Shown one piece after another: positions 22,425-35,249 of a DNA stretch of 64,000 nt (within the stretch, counting starts at the first letter, position 1; each line of letters begins with the position of its first letter). The notes under the pieces were generated by a model. It was not told where the DNA came from. It did not search any database and was given only the letters and a program-made list of their open reading frames with translations. The stretch spans positions 3,224,001-3,288,000 of the forward strand of contig AP024664.1 in the NCBI GenBank assembly GCA_024346625.1. The letters are read 5' to 3'. A program made the translations under genes and the position numbers. This DNA is from Williopsis jadinii (lineage: Eukaryota).

Positions 22425-23588
22425 ATGGTGGAGATTACAGAACTTCCAGAAAAGACTTCCAAGACCAAACGTTATGTTCCAGGGCCTGGTGATCCAGCGC
22501 TGCCTCCTCAACTTCAACAGTTTGCTGACAAGTCTACCGATGAAGTGATGGGCGAATTGAATAGATTGCCCTTCTTTATGACCCAAATTGATGAGACTGA
22601 CGGTTCAGGCGGTGAGAATGTTGAGCTTGAAGCACTCAAGGCTTTAGCATACGATGGTGAGCCGGATGAAGTGGCTACAAACTTCAAAAACCAAGGTAAT
22701 GATCAGTTCAAGGCCAAGCAGTACAAAGGTGCAGTGGAGTTCTATACTAAAGGTCTCGCAGTGAAATGCGATGTTCCTTCAATCAACTCCTCTCTGTACT
22801 TAAACAGGGCTGCTTGTAACTTGGAGCTGAAGAATTACAGAAGATGTATCAACGACTGCAAGGAAGGGTTGAAATTAGACCCTAAAAATGTCAAGGCTTA
22901 CTATAGAATGGCAAAGGCCTTCTATGCCATTGAAAAGTACGACGAAGCTAAGCAGGCATTGGAGTTCAGTCTAAAGATTAAACCTGAGAATCTTGCTTCA
23001 AGTGCATTGTTGCGTCAAATCACAGAGAAGGAAAGACAGGTGGAGGAAGCTAGACAGAGAAAGGAACAGGAGAGAATAGAAAAGCTTGCATTAGACACTT
23101 TGTTGAATGATGCCATAAAGTTCAGAGGTTATACAAATATTGCAACACCAAAGCCAGCAGAGATTCTATCAGGTGCTAAGATCCACTTGGAAGATGCTAA
23201 GGATGTTGAATCACAACTAATTTTGCCAGCAACAATCATCTATCCAACATCAGATGAGTTCGATTTCATTGCAGAGATTTCTGAGTTGAGCTCACCATTG
23301 GAACTCATGGAGATTGTGCTTGACAGACCTGCTGAGTGGCATGAGGATCCAAAACACAAGAATTTCACACCAAAGACTATGGAGGCATACATGGAGACAG
23401 AATCTGGTGGGTTGATCAAAGTCGGAAAGAAGGCAACTTTGAACAAAGCTCTGGGTACCCAATCACCAAAGATTCCTCTCTTTGATTATAGCGTAAGATT
23501 ATATTTTGTACCGAAGGTTGATAGTGCAGAATGGGTCTCCAAATGGAGCAAAGAAGTGGCACTTAAAAAGAGAACTCTACAGTCCTGA
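22425..23588 (+). CDS. CNS1: TPR co-chaperone Cns1 / TTC4
   Basis: YVPGPGDPALPPQL, ELNRLPFFM, TPR NRAACNLELKNY; ATG at 22425. Confidence 0.95.
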   Translation: MVEITELPEKTSKTKRYVPGPGDPALPPQLQQFADKSTDEVMGELNRLPFFMTQIDETDGSGGENVELEALKALAYDGEPDEVATNFKNQGNDQFKAKQYKGAVEFYTKGLAVKCDVPSINSSLYLNRAACNLELKNYRRCINDCKEGLKLDPKNVKAYYRMAKAFYAIEKYDEAKQALEFSLKIKPENLASSALLRQITEKERQVEEARQRKEQERIEKLALDTLLNDAIKFRGYTNIATPKPAEILSGAKIHLEDAKDVESQLILPATIIYPTSDEFDFIAEISELSSPLELMEIVLDRPAEWHEDPKHKNFTPKTMEAYMETESGGLIKVGKKATLNKALGTQSPKIPLFDYSVRLYFVPKVDSAEWVSKWSKEVALKKRTLQS

Positions 23589-23622
23589 ATAGTTGACATT
23601 TGAAACAATAATAATCCACATA

Positions 23623-26191
23623 TCATCTCCTCAACACTCTGTTCTTGTAGCTATCAACCTCTTGTGTAGTCAGACCATCTCTTGTCCACTGTGCTGATGA
23701 GCCACGATGCTTAAATTTGGAAACAGACTTAGATGCGTGGAAGATTTCTTCCATCTGAAGAGGAGCAACAGGGCCAAACACTTTATCTGGATCAATATGC
23801 TGTTGATTGATCAAAATTTGCTTCAATTCAGGTGAATTGGCCCAATCTTTCAATACACTACCCTCTTCGTCATCATCGCTCTCAGAAAAAATCTCTGGAA
23901 GTTCAGATGCCACTGGTTTAGGGGTACTAGGGAAACCGGCTTCATCAAAGGACGTGCCTGATTGAAACGGATTGTTTGCCTTGCCTTCGTTATTGATTCT
24001 GGCATGCTGTAACATGGCAGTTTTCATCAAATTTTGATTTGCAGAGGCTGGATATTTCGCTACCGGTTTCACAGGTTTAATCACAGGCTCCTCTCTGACA
24101 ACAGATGGTGCTTTAGACCCAGCTTGGGAAACACGACTAGCTCTCTTCTGTAGAACTTGCTGTATTTGTTCGGCTGTACGACGACGTTTAACGTCTTGAT
24201 GGTTTTTTGTTTGTAGAGTGCTTGGTGCCACAATCTTCGTCCCAATTTTTCTATACGCCTGCGAGGTATTTAGTGACTTGACTTCATCTTCAGTTTGTGT
24301 TTTGCGCTTCAATGGCCTTACCAATTGATCACCCACAAGTGATTTTGGTCTTCCCTTCGTTTTGGCTTCGAGCGAAATTCCTGTTAAGCCTGTCCGAGCC
24401 AATGACTTACGAGGTGGTGGATTGTTTTCATCATGTTTTGTGAGAGACACACGAGTAAGGTTTCTTTGAATGTTTTCATTTTCACCTGGCTTCACTGGCG
24501 AAAGTTTGATGGATTCGTTCATCTCTTTTCTCAATGAACCATATATGCTCTTTACTGGAGAAAATTTAGAGCTAGATCGATGGTCTTCACTTCCAATTTC
24601 TTGATGGACCAATCCGGTCAGGGTGTGAGCGGTGGCAGACTGTTCTGAATTCTTCACAACTTTCTGAGGGCTCTTTATTGTAAGTTTCTGAGGGCTTCTT
24701 GCCTGTGCTTTATTTTTCTTAGGACTGATAGATTTTCCCTTTGATTGACTCGAATGAGTTGGAGCGTTGAGACGTGTAATCAGTTCAACTTCTTTATCAT
24801 TCCTGGACCATTGCTTTAGCTGAGATGCATGGTCATTCTTTGTCTTCTGTGGAGAAACTCGTGAGACCGATGTTTTTTCTGGGGAATGAACAATGTGCTG
24901 TGTTTCAGAGATGAACTTACTTCTGGCCCTTTTCAATGTGGAATTCACAGAAGCAAAAAGATTTGAAAACGGTGATTTTTGAATTTTGCTTGGAGAAACT
25001 TGCTTCCGAGCATGTGTTGGGCTGTTTAGCTCAGAAGGTACGAGTTTGGGTATCTTTGAGGATGTGAGTGCAGTGTTCAGTTCAATTTTACTTGTAGTTG
25101 AGACATCCTTAGGGATCTTCTCTAGTGGTGAAATATTGACCGTAGGCGAATTTGATGTTTCCAGACTCAGTGTTGGATACAACGAGACCTTTGGAACATA
25201 GCCTGTCTCGTGATGATCGCCATCGCCAAAGTTCGAAGAAAGTTTATCTATCGGCTTCTTCTTTGTAGATTTCATTGCCAAAGGCTCCCGATGGGGTAAT
25301 AGTGCAAAACCTTGACTTTCTCTTTTTGGTGGAGGCGGGGTATTCGAGACAAATGATTTCTTACGATCTGCTTCATCCTTTAAGGGCACTTTCACAGTTT
25401 CGACTGAAATATTTTCGTCACTGTCTCGTTTTGTATGTATTGAACTTGTTGGGTTCACAACCATAGATGATGGCTGAGGAGCTTCATCTGCACTCTTAAA
25501 GGAGCTCTCTGAGGAAGAGGGCTCACCTGTAACTGGCTTGGATTTCTGAACTATACTTTTACGTATAGCAGTTCTGATCTCTTGGAAAGAAATCTGCTCA
25601 GCTGAAGCGTTGTAGTCGGATTGGCTATCATCGACAACCGGCACCATGATAGGCTTCAAAACGGTCTCCTTTGATTCGGTGTTCACATTAACTGGTGCGC
25701 TGTGAAATGGATTGATGTTGTCATCATTGGTGGGCTCAGGTAATAGATCAATCTTCTGTGGTTTTGTAGGGGAGGGTGAAGGGGGAACATGAGTGCGAAA
25801 CTTAATCGGAGAGAGCCTTAAGGCGTTATTATCCATCTCTTTCAAAGGTGATTTCATCATAACAGCCAGATCTCTTATCTTCTTCACTGGTGAATCATTC
25901 CCTTTCAGCTTCTTAGGAGACTCAAGCAATAACCGTGGATTCCTAATAGATTGTTAGAACATGAAGGCCTTCACAAACACATGCACGTAGCAAAACTTAC
26001 TCAGTATTTTCGTTCAAGATCTCTTCCATTTGTTCATCTATCCAAGTGAGATCAGCCGCCACTGAATACGCAAACTGTTCAGCATCTTTCATAATAAGGT
26101 CGTGAAGAGTAAACAGCTCCTTTCTGATCCACTTGGAAGTGCCAGGAACTTCATCCTTTTTCTTTGCCGCCTGAATCGACCAAAGTGACAT
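23623..26191 (-). CDS. SLI15: INCENP / Sli15; exons 26191-26001 and 25942-23623
   Basis: C-terminal IN-box LPEIFSESDD...WANSPEL...RGSSAQW. Intron 26000-25943 (GTAAGT..TTCTAAC..TAG) is in frame. Convergent with CNS1 as in S. cerevisiae. Confidence 0.9.
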
Positions 26192-27423
26192 TGCTTCAAA
26201 GATACTTCGAAACCACTCAGGATTGATGGAAATGCTGTTAACTGTTGTGGAAGCGTTGAATGCCCCCCTAAGTTGAGTGTTTGTTTTGTTTATTGTTTTT
26301 GTTTACATTTTTGAAATGTGTTGCACGAACCAAACCGTATTCTCGTTGTGCGACAAATCCAGCGGTGCAGTACCTCAGAGTTGATATGCCAAGTTCCCGG
26401 GGATTGGGTGTACGGGTGTGTAGTTGACATGTCCCCTAGAAGTGGTTACCCGAAACAGTTATTATACACAATGGGACATTTATGTTGTCTGACTCAGTTG
26501 TATATACTCATCACTCACTAAAGTCACATACTGGACGTTTTGATAGACCATCAAGCTCTAGTGGATAGATGTGAATGTTTCGAGCATATGTGAATATGTG
26601 CTAAAGGTTGAACATGGTATGGGTAATATGCCTACCAATGTTTTCTGACGTTCCTTGTAATGTAGTTAAAGGAACCGATAGCATTTACCAAGATATGCAT
26701 CTGTGAGCAGGTTATAAGAAAGATCAGTACAGGAGTTTCTATTCAGGATTGTGAAAGAAGTTCCCGGAGTATGATATTAGCTTCCAGTTAAACCTGGAGG
26801 AGAATGAGAACTTGACTCTCAAATTCACTATATTGAGTATTATCATCGATATTGAAGTTCAATAGATGCGATGTTGGTGCTTTTGAAGGTATTGAAGTCC
26901 GATTTGGCTGCCATTACACTGTCTTTTCAACTTGATGTTTTACAAAATTGAGGCCAGCACCTGCATTGTGAAATACTTCAAAGACCATCGACATTCAAGC
27001 AGATTGTTAATGAACTATTCACATGAAATATTCTACCTCTCAACACTAATTGGTTTCATCGTAAATTGTTATATTGGATCAACTGTGATGCTACTGAACA
27101 TTTTCAATCCAAAAGATCCTCATAGGATTGCGTACGATGTTCAATACAACGCTATTGAAAATCACGAGCAAACCAATCCAGGATCAAACAAGGTTATTAT
27201 GATAACAAATTCACCAAGTACACCAGCATCTATAGTTTTCTGAAGTACAATTCAAAAGGATCAAGTTGGCATTGGCTCCAAACCACTATTCTCGAGTCAG
27301 AGTTTAAACAAGTTTTGAGTGAAGAATCCATGATAGACCCACTCATCAAGAGAAGTGTCCCAATTTTACTTAATATCGTTACATACCTACATCCTCAATA
27401 TATTGCTGATGTATATTATTAAA

Positions 27424-30400
27424 TTATGCCAGAGTGGTTCTTCCACCAACTTCTGTGCTTGCTGTACCGTCTTGCATGTTCCCATCACGAGCAGCCACGA
27501 ACTTTTCATAAATCAATGACAACTTTCTCTTCTCCGAGTTTGAAATACTTGGTTTGGTTCCGTCCAATGCGGTGACAAAGTCGCTGTGTTGAATGGCAAC
27601 ACCGTTGTCTTCGTCACTAGACTTATCTGTAGAAATTAGCTCTTGAGAAGTCTCGTTGAAATTTTTCAATAAAGGTTCAATTTGTCTCAAGGCCTTTGTT
27701 CTTTCATAAGGCTTAAGATGGAGATTGGCTTTCAATTGATCCAATGATACTTGGAAGAATTCATGGACATCATCATTTTCTGCTTTGACAGTACCTTCAG
27801 AAGCTGCCTCGTCAAGCTCTAATTTCTTATGAACGGCTTGCAAGTATGCGTTGTAACCCAGGGCTTGCATATCAGCACCCGAGAACCCATCAGAGTTCTC
27901 TGCAATCTCTTCCAGTGAAACGTCATCAGCAAGATTCATTGTCTTGGTTATGGCTCTCAAAATGTCCAACCTTTCCTCAAAGTCCGGCATACCGCACAGG
28001 ACACTTTTGTCCAATCTTCCAGGACGTAACAGGGCAGAATCAATCAAGTCTGGTCGACTAGTTGCAGCCAAGACATACACGCCATCCAATCCTTCAGCAC
28101 CATCCATCTGCGTAAGCATTTGGTTAACGACTCTATCAGTAACACCTGTGGAGTCATGTCCTCTTTTTGGAGCAATCGAATCGAATTCATCAAAGAACAA
28201 GACACAGGGCTTTGCAGCTTGGGCTCTTTCAAAAAGTTCTCTAACAGACTGTTCAGAGGCACCGATGTACTTGTTCAAGATTTCAGGACCCTTAACGGAG
28301 ATGAAATTCAACCCACATTGACCTGCAACAGCAGATGCCAGTAACGTCTTACCACAGCCCGGATAACCATATAAAAGGATTCCAGATCTAAGACGAAGAG
28401 TTGCTGCTTTGAAAATTGGCGCATATTTGGTTGGCCATTCCAACGATTCTAGAAGGATGGACTTTGCTTCTTTTAATCCTCCAATATCGGACCAACTTGT
28501 AGTGGATTTTTGAAGCTTAACACCTCTCAAACTAGAGGGAACGTAACCAGTAATAGCTTTGGTGAATAATTTGTTAGTAATATCTGGAAGCGGACTGTCA
28601 CCTTCAATCGCTTCATAAATTGCCTCATGATTGATTCTATCGACGAGGATTTTCAAATCACTTGGTAAATACCCTTCAGTCTCTTGAGACATCTCAGATC
28701 CATCAAACTCCTTAGAAAGCAAGAGACCGTACTTTTGAAGGTAGTATTCAATAATTTGCTGTCTTGCTTCCTTCAATGGTGCTTTGATAGCAATATTTTC
28801 TTCAAAACAATGACTGGAGAATAGAATACTATTAACAGCTTCTTTAGATTTTGCTGTAGCTATTATGGAAACAGCTCTCGATTGCATCATAGTATTTGAG
28901 GCTTGAATAAAGTACTCTGATAGTTGTCTGGTTTGAGAAGAGTCCATATTCTCGGCCTCAACTGGGAACAAGAATTCCAATCCTTCCAAAACGAGAACAC
29001 TTGGTGCATACCAAGCGCACTTATTCAACCACAGGTCAAGTTTCTCCTTGATGTTTAGAACGGATTCTTTTGAATAGTCATTACATTCAATCTTCAAAAC
29101 ATGTGTACCCGTCTGTGCTATTTCATTTGTAATCTCATCAACAATAAGAGATTTACCACATCCAGCTGGTCCATAAACCAAGACACCAACTTTGCCCTTT
29201 TTCAACGATCTCTTGATCTTTTTAGACGTTTCTTTAGTCCCGATTGAAATCGTCACATCCGGTGGTGATTTAACAGTGAGGGAAGAAGGGATCTGTGACT
29301 TTGGAACAAGGATGTCGTCTCCTATGGAAAAGGATAGTTTTGAATCTCCAGATGGAGCCAATAATGTTGATTGATCCTTAAACTGCAAAACACAGCCTTC
29401 TGGGAATCCAGCCAATATTGGTAATTTGACGCCTTTGGTCAAACATGTGTTATTCAATTCCAAATCAAAGAAGTGTTTACTAATTTCTTCTTTTAGCTTT
29501 TGTATTTTCAGCCTTTTCAACTCCTTTTCTCTTTGAGCCTGTGTGCTACTAATATTCAACTCATTCAGTGATTCCGGTTTAGATTCACTCGTGAGTGGTG
29601 ACACTATCAGTGTTGGATACTTCGTGATTGGTGATGGCGTGGCTTTTTCCAACTTAACCATGAATCCAATTTCACCATCAACATCCAGTGCAATGGCCAA
29701 TAATCTGGATAACCCAACTTGGGATTGAGCAGAAGGATGATGAACCAGCTTTGCACCGATTTTCTTCGATATGGCCTGAGCCTTTGCATCAATTTGTTGG
29801 GTCTTTTGTGCATCGGGACCTGCAACGATGGAGACGTTAACGAACTGTGCATTCTGTAGAGGAATCATAACCTGATCAAAGTTTGCATAGACCTCATAGG
29901 AAGTGGTTTCAAAATCACCAAACAACTTATGAGGTAGTGCAATACCTCTTTCCAATACTGAAGGAGCCGATTCACTAGCTGGACGTCCATTGGAGACCGA
30001 TCTTGCAGAAGAGCTCTTCTTACGTCTGGATCTTCTTGTCTTTGGAGCAACGTGCAGTTCAGTATCATTGACTAGTTTAGCCACCTTACCTAAATTTGCC
30101 GGCTCAGGGTCCATTTTAGTCACCTTTAACGTTGCAGAGACCGTTTCAGATGCATACACCACAAATGGCTTATTCATCTGAACTGCTCTCGTTTGGAACA
30201 AGATTTGATTCTCCACTGCACCGGCATGTAGCTCTATGATTTCCCAATCAGACTCAGTCAAAGGCTCAACTTCCACTGTTGACACCGCTGGAATGTCCAG
30301 GTCAACCTTAATGTCCACCAGCTGCTTATCAGTGAGTTCGACGCTCTGGGCAAAGGTCGGGTCAATAGCAATAGATTTGTCTGTATGGAGTCCATTCCAT

Positions 30401-30633
30401 CCAGCATACACGAGATGAGGCTTATTGTTTCTCTTATCTTTCCACTTCAACTCAACGACAACGCTTTGTGATGGCTTGGTATTATTAGTACTCATCTTCT
30501 TCCGCATTGCTCTTCAATACAATACGCTACTCACAATATCAGCACCGTTCAACATGCTCACCATTGAGGTGGGCAATGAGATAAAGTTGGTACGAAACGA
30601 CTCAAACTGTACAGATACTTTCTTAGACTCCAT
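27424..30633 (-). CDS. PEX1: Peroxisomal AAA ATPase Pex1; exons 30633-30535 and 30474-27424
   Basis: Two AAA modules (GPAGCGKS, GYPGCGKT), FDSIAPKRGHDSTGVTDRVVNQ. Exon 1 MESKKVSV...NFISLP is joined through a GTGAGT..TACTAAT..AAG intron. Confidence 0.93.
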
Positions 30634-30824
30634 AATCGTAGATAGCTCCCCGAACTTGCCTCTTTACTCATGGCGAGAAGAAGTTGGAATCCTCGACGAC
30701 CGCTTTTTATGCCCCGATTTGTGTGGAGAAAGATGCCTCGGGTATAGGAAACAGCGCCAGATTTCGAGGGTAACAATATAACCCACCATCCTCGGAACTG
30801 CACCATCGGTAGCTGAAGTTACCG

Positions 30825-30842
30825 GGGGACCCCCCCCCCCCC
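30825..30842. repeat. C13 homopolymer preceded by a G-run in the PEX1/APS2 divergent promoter
   Basis: gggggac followed by cccccccccccc. Confidence 0.9.
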
Positions 30843-31057
30843 ATCAACAAGTAGCAGATCAGCACCTTCACGGGACTGCTTGTCGTTGTTCATTACACCG
30901 AGAATTTGACCTCTCTCTGTGTATCCACAGGACTGTTGTCATCGGAATTGATCTTACTTGTCATCACATACCGCACCGCTGACGTGGGAAGAGTAACAAC
31001 CAACCCCGTATTCAATCAAGAGAAGGAGACCTTCAATCACTCTCATACAGATACACC

Positions 31058-31556
31058 ATGGGACTTCAGTACCTTATCAGCATGAACCGCCAGGGTAAAG
31101 TGCGGCTTGCTAAGTGGTACCAGAACTATACAGTAAGTATTGTCCGGGTGTATAACGTTTCATGTCAGACACACACGTAACTAACACTTGCATCAGCATG
31201 ATGAGAAGTACAGGATCAACGTGGACGTGCACAAGTTGATCTCCTCACGAGAACACAGACAACATAGCAACTTTGTCGAATTACAGGACTCCAAGCTGGT
31301 ATACAAGCGCTATGCCGGGCTGTTCTTCATAGCCAGCATCGATCTCGAGGACGACGAGCTTGCCTATTTATCCGCCATACATCTATTAGTAGAAGTGTTG
31401 GATCAACACTTTGAAAACGTTTGCGAACTGGATCTCGTGTTCAATTTTTACAAAGTATACGAATGCCTTGATGAGATCTTCCTTGGGGGAGAGTTGCAGG
31501 AGACGTCGAAGGAGGTGATTCTAAATAGGTTTGACGAAATCGAAGCCCTTGAGTAA
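31058..31556 (+). CDS. APS2: AP-2 adaptor sigma subunit; exons 31058-31132 and 31197-31556
   Basis: NRQGKVRLAKWY, LISSREHRQHSNFVE, NVCELDLVFNFYKVY. Intron GTAAGT..ACTAAC..CAG. Convergent with CDC8 as in S. cerevisiae. Confidence 0.9.
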
Positions 31557-31578
31557 ACGAAGAATATAAACATACCCG

Positions 31579-32261
31579 TTAAAACAGTTCAACTTGCTTC
31601 AAATCCTTGGATAGAACTTCTTGCACCAGAGGCCAAACTTCCTCGGCAACGTCCTGTATATTTTTACCATCAACAACTAGAGTATTCCAATTTGGTTCGT
31701 TAAAGAACTTCTCAAACTGTAGCTTGACCTGCTGTTGAAACTCTGTAACCTCGTACCGCTCATCTCCAAACCCGCCTCTGCTTGACTGGCTATCGTTCAG
31801 GTTGAGGAAAATGGTCAAGTCGGGCCTTGGGAGCCCAATGTCGGGATTGAGACACCACTGAGCATCCAACCCCTTCGCTGCCGTGTATGCCACGCCAGAG
31901 TAGACATACCTATCAAGCACCACGATTGTGCCGTTGTGCAATTTCTCCTTTATACCACGGGAAAGTTCCCATCTATTCGCTGAGAAGAGCAGATGTGCTG
32001 ATTCGTCAGACAGTTGGAACGACTTGTCAACGAGGTACGAGTTGATCAGCTTGCCAATTGGTGTTGTTCTGTCTGTTGATAGGTATCCGCCGCCGTTAGT
32101 ACTGTGTGCTTTGTAGTAACAGGTTGTTCAAACGTACCGGGAAACTTGATCAGTTCAACGTTCAATCCCTCATTGCGTAATCTGGTTACCAGCTCACTGG
32201 TTTGGGTTGTCTTGCCGGCTCTGTCCAGTCCTTCAACAAGGATCAAAGCGCCTCTGCCCAT
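31579..32261 (-). CDS. CDC8: Thymidylate kinase; exons 32261-32138 and 32072-31579
   Basis: P-loop [20 protein letters not shown] is restored across a GTACGT..TACTAAC..CAG intron. [10 protein letters not shown]. Confidence 0.97.
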
Positions 32262-32378
32262 GTTTCACTGATGCTCGTCGTTCACGTCTAAACAAGCACA
32301 GTTGCACCAGCGCATCCACATTTTTCTACACAGGGGGACTACGTGCTTGTTTACGGAATAGCTCTAGAAACGTATTTA

Positions 32379-33515
32379 TTATTTCAAGAGATATCTTGTG
32401 AGTCTTTTGTAGCCATCAACGGCGTTCTTGAGATCTGCCACGGTGACATACTCGTCTGCCGAATGCGCCACCAGGATCGAGCCTGGCCCGTAAAGGTATC
32501 TACTCTTAAATTGTCTCTCCAGGTTAGGAACATCTGTGAAGTAGGCTAGGACAACAGTCTCGAAGCCTGGCACCTCAAAGTCCAAGTAGACCGGCTCCTT
32601 GTTTTGTATATCCACCAGCTTGACGTTGTCATACTCCTGGTTGGCTTCATCGACGATGTGCTTGATGGTTCCACTGACAGTGCTTGTACTGTGTGCAACT
32701 CTGATGAGAATCTTTGCGCGTGCCTTTGGTGAAACAACATTAGCGGCGACTCCAGCCTCGATGATACCAACGTTGACGCTTGAGTTACCCAGTAGCTGGT
32801 CTGCTGGGTACTCAGCATGCTCAATTTGGTACAAGATATCGATCAGCTTCTTGTTGGCATCGATCCCCAACTGTGGATAACCAGAATGCGATGCCTTACC
32901 TTCGACGTCAATCTCAATGTTGTAGATACCCTTATGTCCAACACCAAGCTTCAGCTCTGTTGGTTCACCAAAGATAGCATGGTCCCAATAAGCACCGAGC
33001 TTATCACTGGCGTGTCTCATTCCTATCCCATCGTACTCTTCCCCAACAACAAACAAGAGCGATACATCGCCTTCACCAACCTCACCTGACTCGTACAGCT
33101 CCTTTAAGGCAATGATCTGGGACGCAACAGATCCCTTTGCATCGTTCGAGCCTCTTCCGTATATCTTGTCACCTGACTGGTAATAAGGAATATAAGGCGG
33201 CACTGTATCGATGTGTGATGTTAACAACACGCTGGTGTTTCTTTTAGAGCCAAGATACGCATATACATTATCTCTGCCAGGCTTAACAGACTGTAATTCC
33301 ACTGTGAACCCATTCTTTTGCAAGTATCTTTCCAAGAATTTCCCAACAGCTTCTTCATCACCGGAGATTGACGGTATATCGACCAGGCTCTTATGAAGGG
33401 ATATCAATTCGTAGTCCTGGTGGTACACTTGTCCAATGAAGCTTTGTTGAAGTGACTCCCACACAGAGGCGGCACACGCTACTGAAGCAATGGTGAGTAC
33501 ATTTGTGAGTCTCAT
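32379..33515 (-). CDS. M20 family (ArgE/DapE-like) metallopeptidase with probable signal peptide
   Basis: SHIDTVPP, GRGSNDAKG, GEE, GEPT, AHSADE. Hydrophobic N-terminus from ATG 33515. Confidence 0.9.
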   Translation of the reverse strand: MRLTNVLTIASVACAASVWESLQQSFIGQVYHQDYELISLHKSLVDIPSISGDEEAVGKFLERYLQKNGFTVELQSVKPGRDNVYAYLGSKRNTSVLLTSHIDTVPPYIPYYQSGDKIYGRGSNDAKGSVASQIIALKELYESGEVGEGDVSLLFVVGEEYDGIGMRHASDKLGAYWDHAIFGEPTELKLGVGHKGIYNIEIDVEGKASHSGYPQLGIDANKKLIDILYQIEHAEYPADQLLGNSSVNVGIIEAGVAANVVSPKARAKILIRVAHSTSTVSGTIKHIVDEANQEYDNVKLVDIQNKEPVYLDFEVPGFETVVLAYFTDVPNLERQFKSRYLYGPGSILVAHSADEYVTVADLKNAVDGYKRLTRYLLK

Positions 33516-33800
33516 TTCATAGGCCAACTCGTGATTGCAAAGTTGTATAACTGTGGTTCCAGAGGGTCGAGATGGTCGGGCTTTTATATAAAGTCCCCGG
33601 TGGTGGTGAGGAGGTTCTGCCGGGCGAGAGCCCTCTTTGCGCGCAGCATCTCATCCTCAGCAGATTTACTGTGGCTTATTCTAACCAAATAGTTACACAA
33701 GGAGTAGATAAAAGTAATTAGTTTTGAATGTATTCGTATCCATTTCCCTTCCTGTCGCCCAGATTATACGCAACAGCAAAGAAGGAGGAACATGATATGG

Positions 33801-35249
33801 TCATAGTCCTATTGAGCGCACCACGATTGGGAATACGACCATCGCAGTGAATGGAATCCCAGCGTACACAATGAGACGTACAATGATTGTAATGTCGTAA
33901 CGATTCTTGAAGACTCCGCAGGTGAAGACAACATTGTCCTGTTGTAGTTTATCCAGTGCTTCAAAGTATTCCTTATGTTCCTTTAAGTCTTCAAACTCTG
34001 TCAAGTCTATGGTGGATTGTGGGCCGACGCTATCCCTTGTCTTACGTGAGCTCATCTCTTTGACAAATCCAGTCACGTCTGTTTCGTGTTTATCCATGGT
34101 TGCAGATCTGATTCTGTTGAACGTCGGTGCATCCGGCTTACGATTCAGCAGATTGTACACCGGCTGGAACAGTTTCAGTAGCAGTGGCTTGGAAATCTCC
34201 TTCCAGATAGCTACGAGCAGTATGCCTATAACGACACGGATAAGAGATTTCAGTACTCCGGATTGTTCGAATGAATAGGGCATGCTGATATCTAATGGAT
34301 TCATCAAATCTGACCGAAGATCAGTTCTCACAAAGATCCAGTTTGAGAGCTCAAATCCCATGATGACCCCTATAAACGCCACAGAATCGTCATAACAGGG
34401 ACAGTCATCCACTGGGGATATGTGGAAATAGATCAGGGCATAGTTGAACAATACAACCGACAAGACAACATAGACTGGTTTCTCCAGGATAAACGTATCG
34501 TAGCTTTCCGCAGTCCACATTCTTAACGAGTATAAACTACCACCGATTAACGAACCAACAATGATATCAGCCAAACCGTGCATTCCACAATATACTCTTC
34601 CAAAGATCAGAGAAAAGTAGTATATCAACAAGGCCAAAGATGCTAAGACGAGCGAGGTTGTACTGCCAAATGAGTCCCTATGTTTCCAGATCTCAAACAT
34701 GAGATACACTGACACAGCAGTGGCATTGGCAGAGTGCGACGAAGGGAAGCCGTACTCCTTCGCAGTATAGCCAGACATTGTGATTCTGTGCAGAGGCGGT
34801 GATCTTGGGCGTGGCAGACAGCAAAAGTCCTTGATATACCCGCTCACATAGATACCGTAGCCTAGCAAGAACACCAAGTCACGAGTTGTGCCGCCGTAGC
34901 CAAACCAGCAGGGAAGAGGTAACATCAACACGTAGAAGGTATGTGCGGCTAAGTTTGCTGTCCATGCAAAGTAATAATCCAACAGGGGACTCCTCAGCCT
35001 CCGTTGAATCTGTGAGAGAATTGGAGTCTCTGCTCTAATTAAGGGCAGCAGCGCTTGTCTTACCCTGAACCTCAAGGGATGGATCTTCGTCTTGTAATGT
35101 ATATGTGGGAAGTTGCCCGAATCATCGTATGGTGACTTCGTGTCGAACCCGTTGAGATGGGCAAATTTGTCGATCGATTCCTGCGACGACGACTTTGCCT
35201 TCTCGCTCTCTGAGCGACTTTCCTTTTCGGAGCTTGTCATGGCCCTCAT
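33801..35249 (-). CDS. LCB3: Long-chain-base-1-phosphate phosphatase (Lcb3/Ysr3, PAP2 family)
   Basis: KDFCCLPRPRSPP, EYGFPSSHSAN, GRVYCGMHG; ATG at 35249 or 35240. Confidence 0.93.
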   Translation of the reverse strand: MRAMTSSEKESRSESEKAKSSSQESIDKFAHLNGFDTKSPYDDSGNFPHIHYKTKIHPLRFRVRQALLPLIRAETPILSQIQRRLRSPLLDYYFAWTANLAAHTFYVLMLPLPCWFGYGGTTRDLVFLLGYGIYVSGYIKDFCCLPRPRSPPLHRITMSGYTAKEYGFPSSHSANATAVSVYLMFEIWKHRDSFGSTTSLVLASLALLIYYFSLIFGRVYCGMHGLADIIVGSLIGGSLYSLRMWTAESYDTFILEKPVYVVLSVVLFNYALIYFHISPVDDCPCYDDSVAFIGVIMGFELSNWIFVRTDLRSDLMNPLDISMPYSFEQSGVLKSLIRVVIGILLVAIWKEISKPLLLKLFQPVYNLLNRKPDAPTFNRIRSATMDKHETDVTGFVKEMSSRKTRDSVGPQSTIDLTEFEDLKEHKEYFEALDKLQQDNVVFTCGVFKNRYDITIIVRLIVYAGIPFTAMVVFPIVVRSIGL

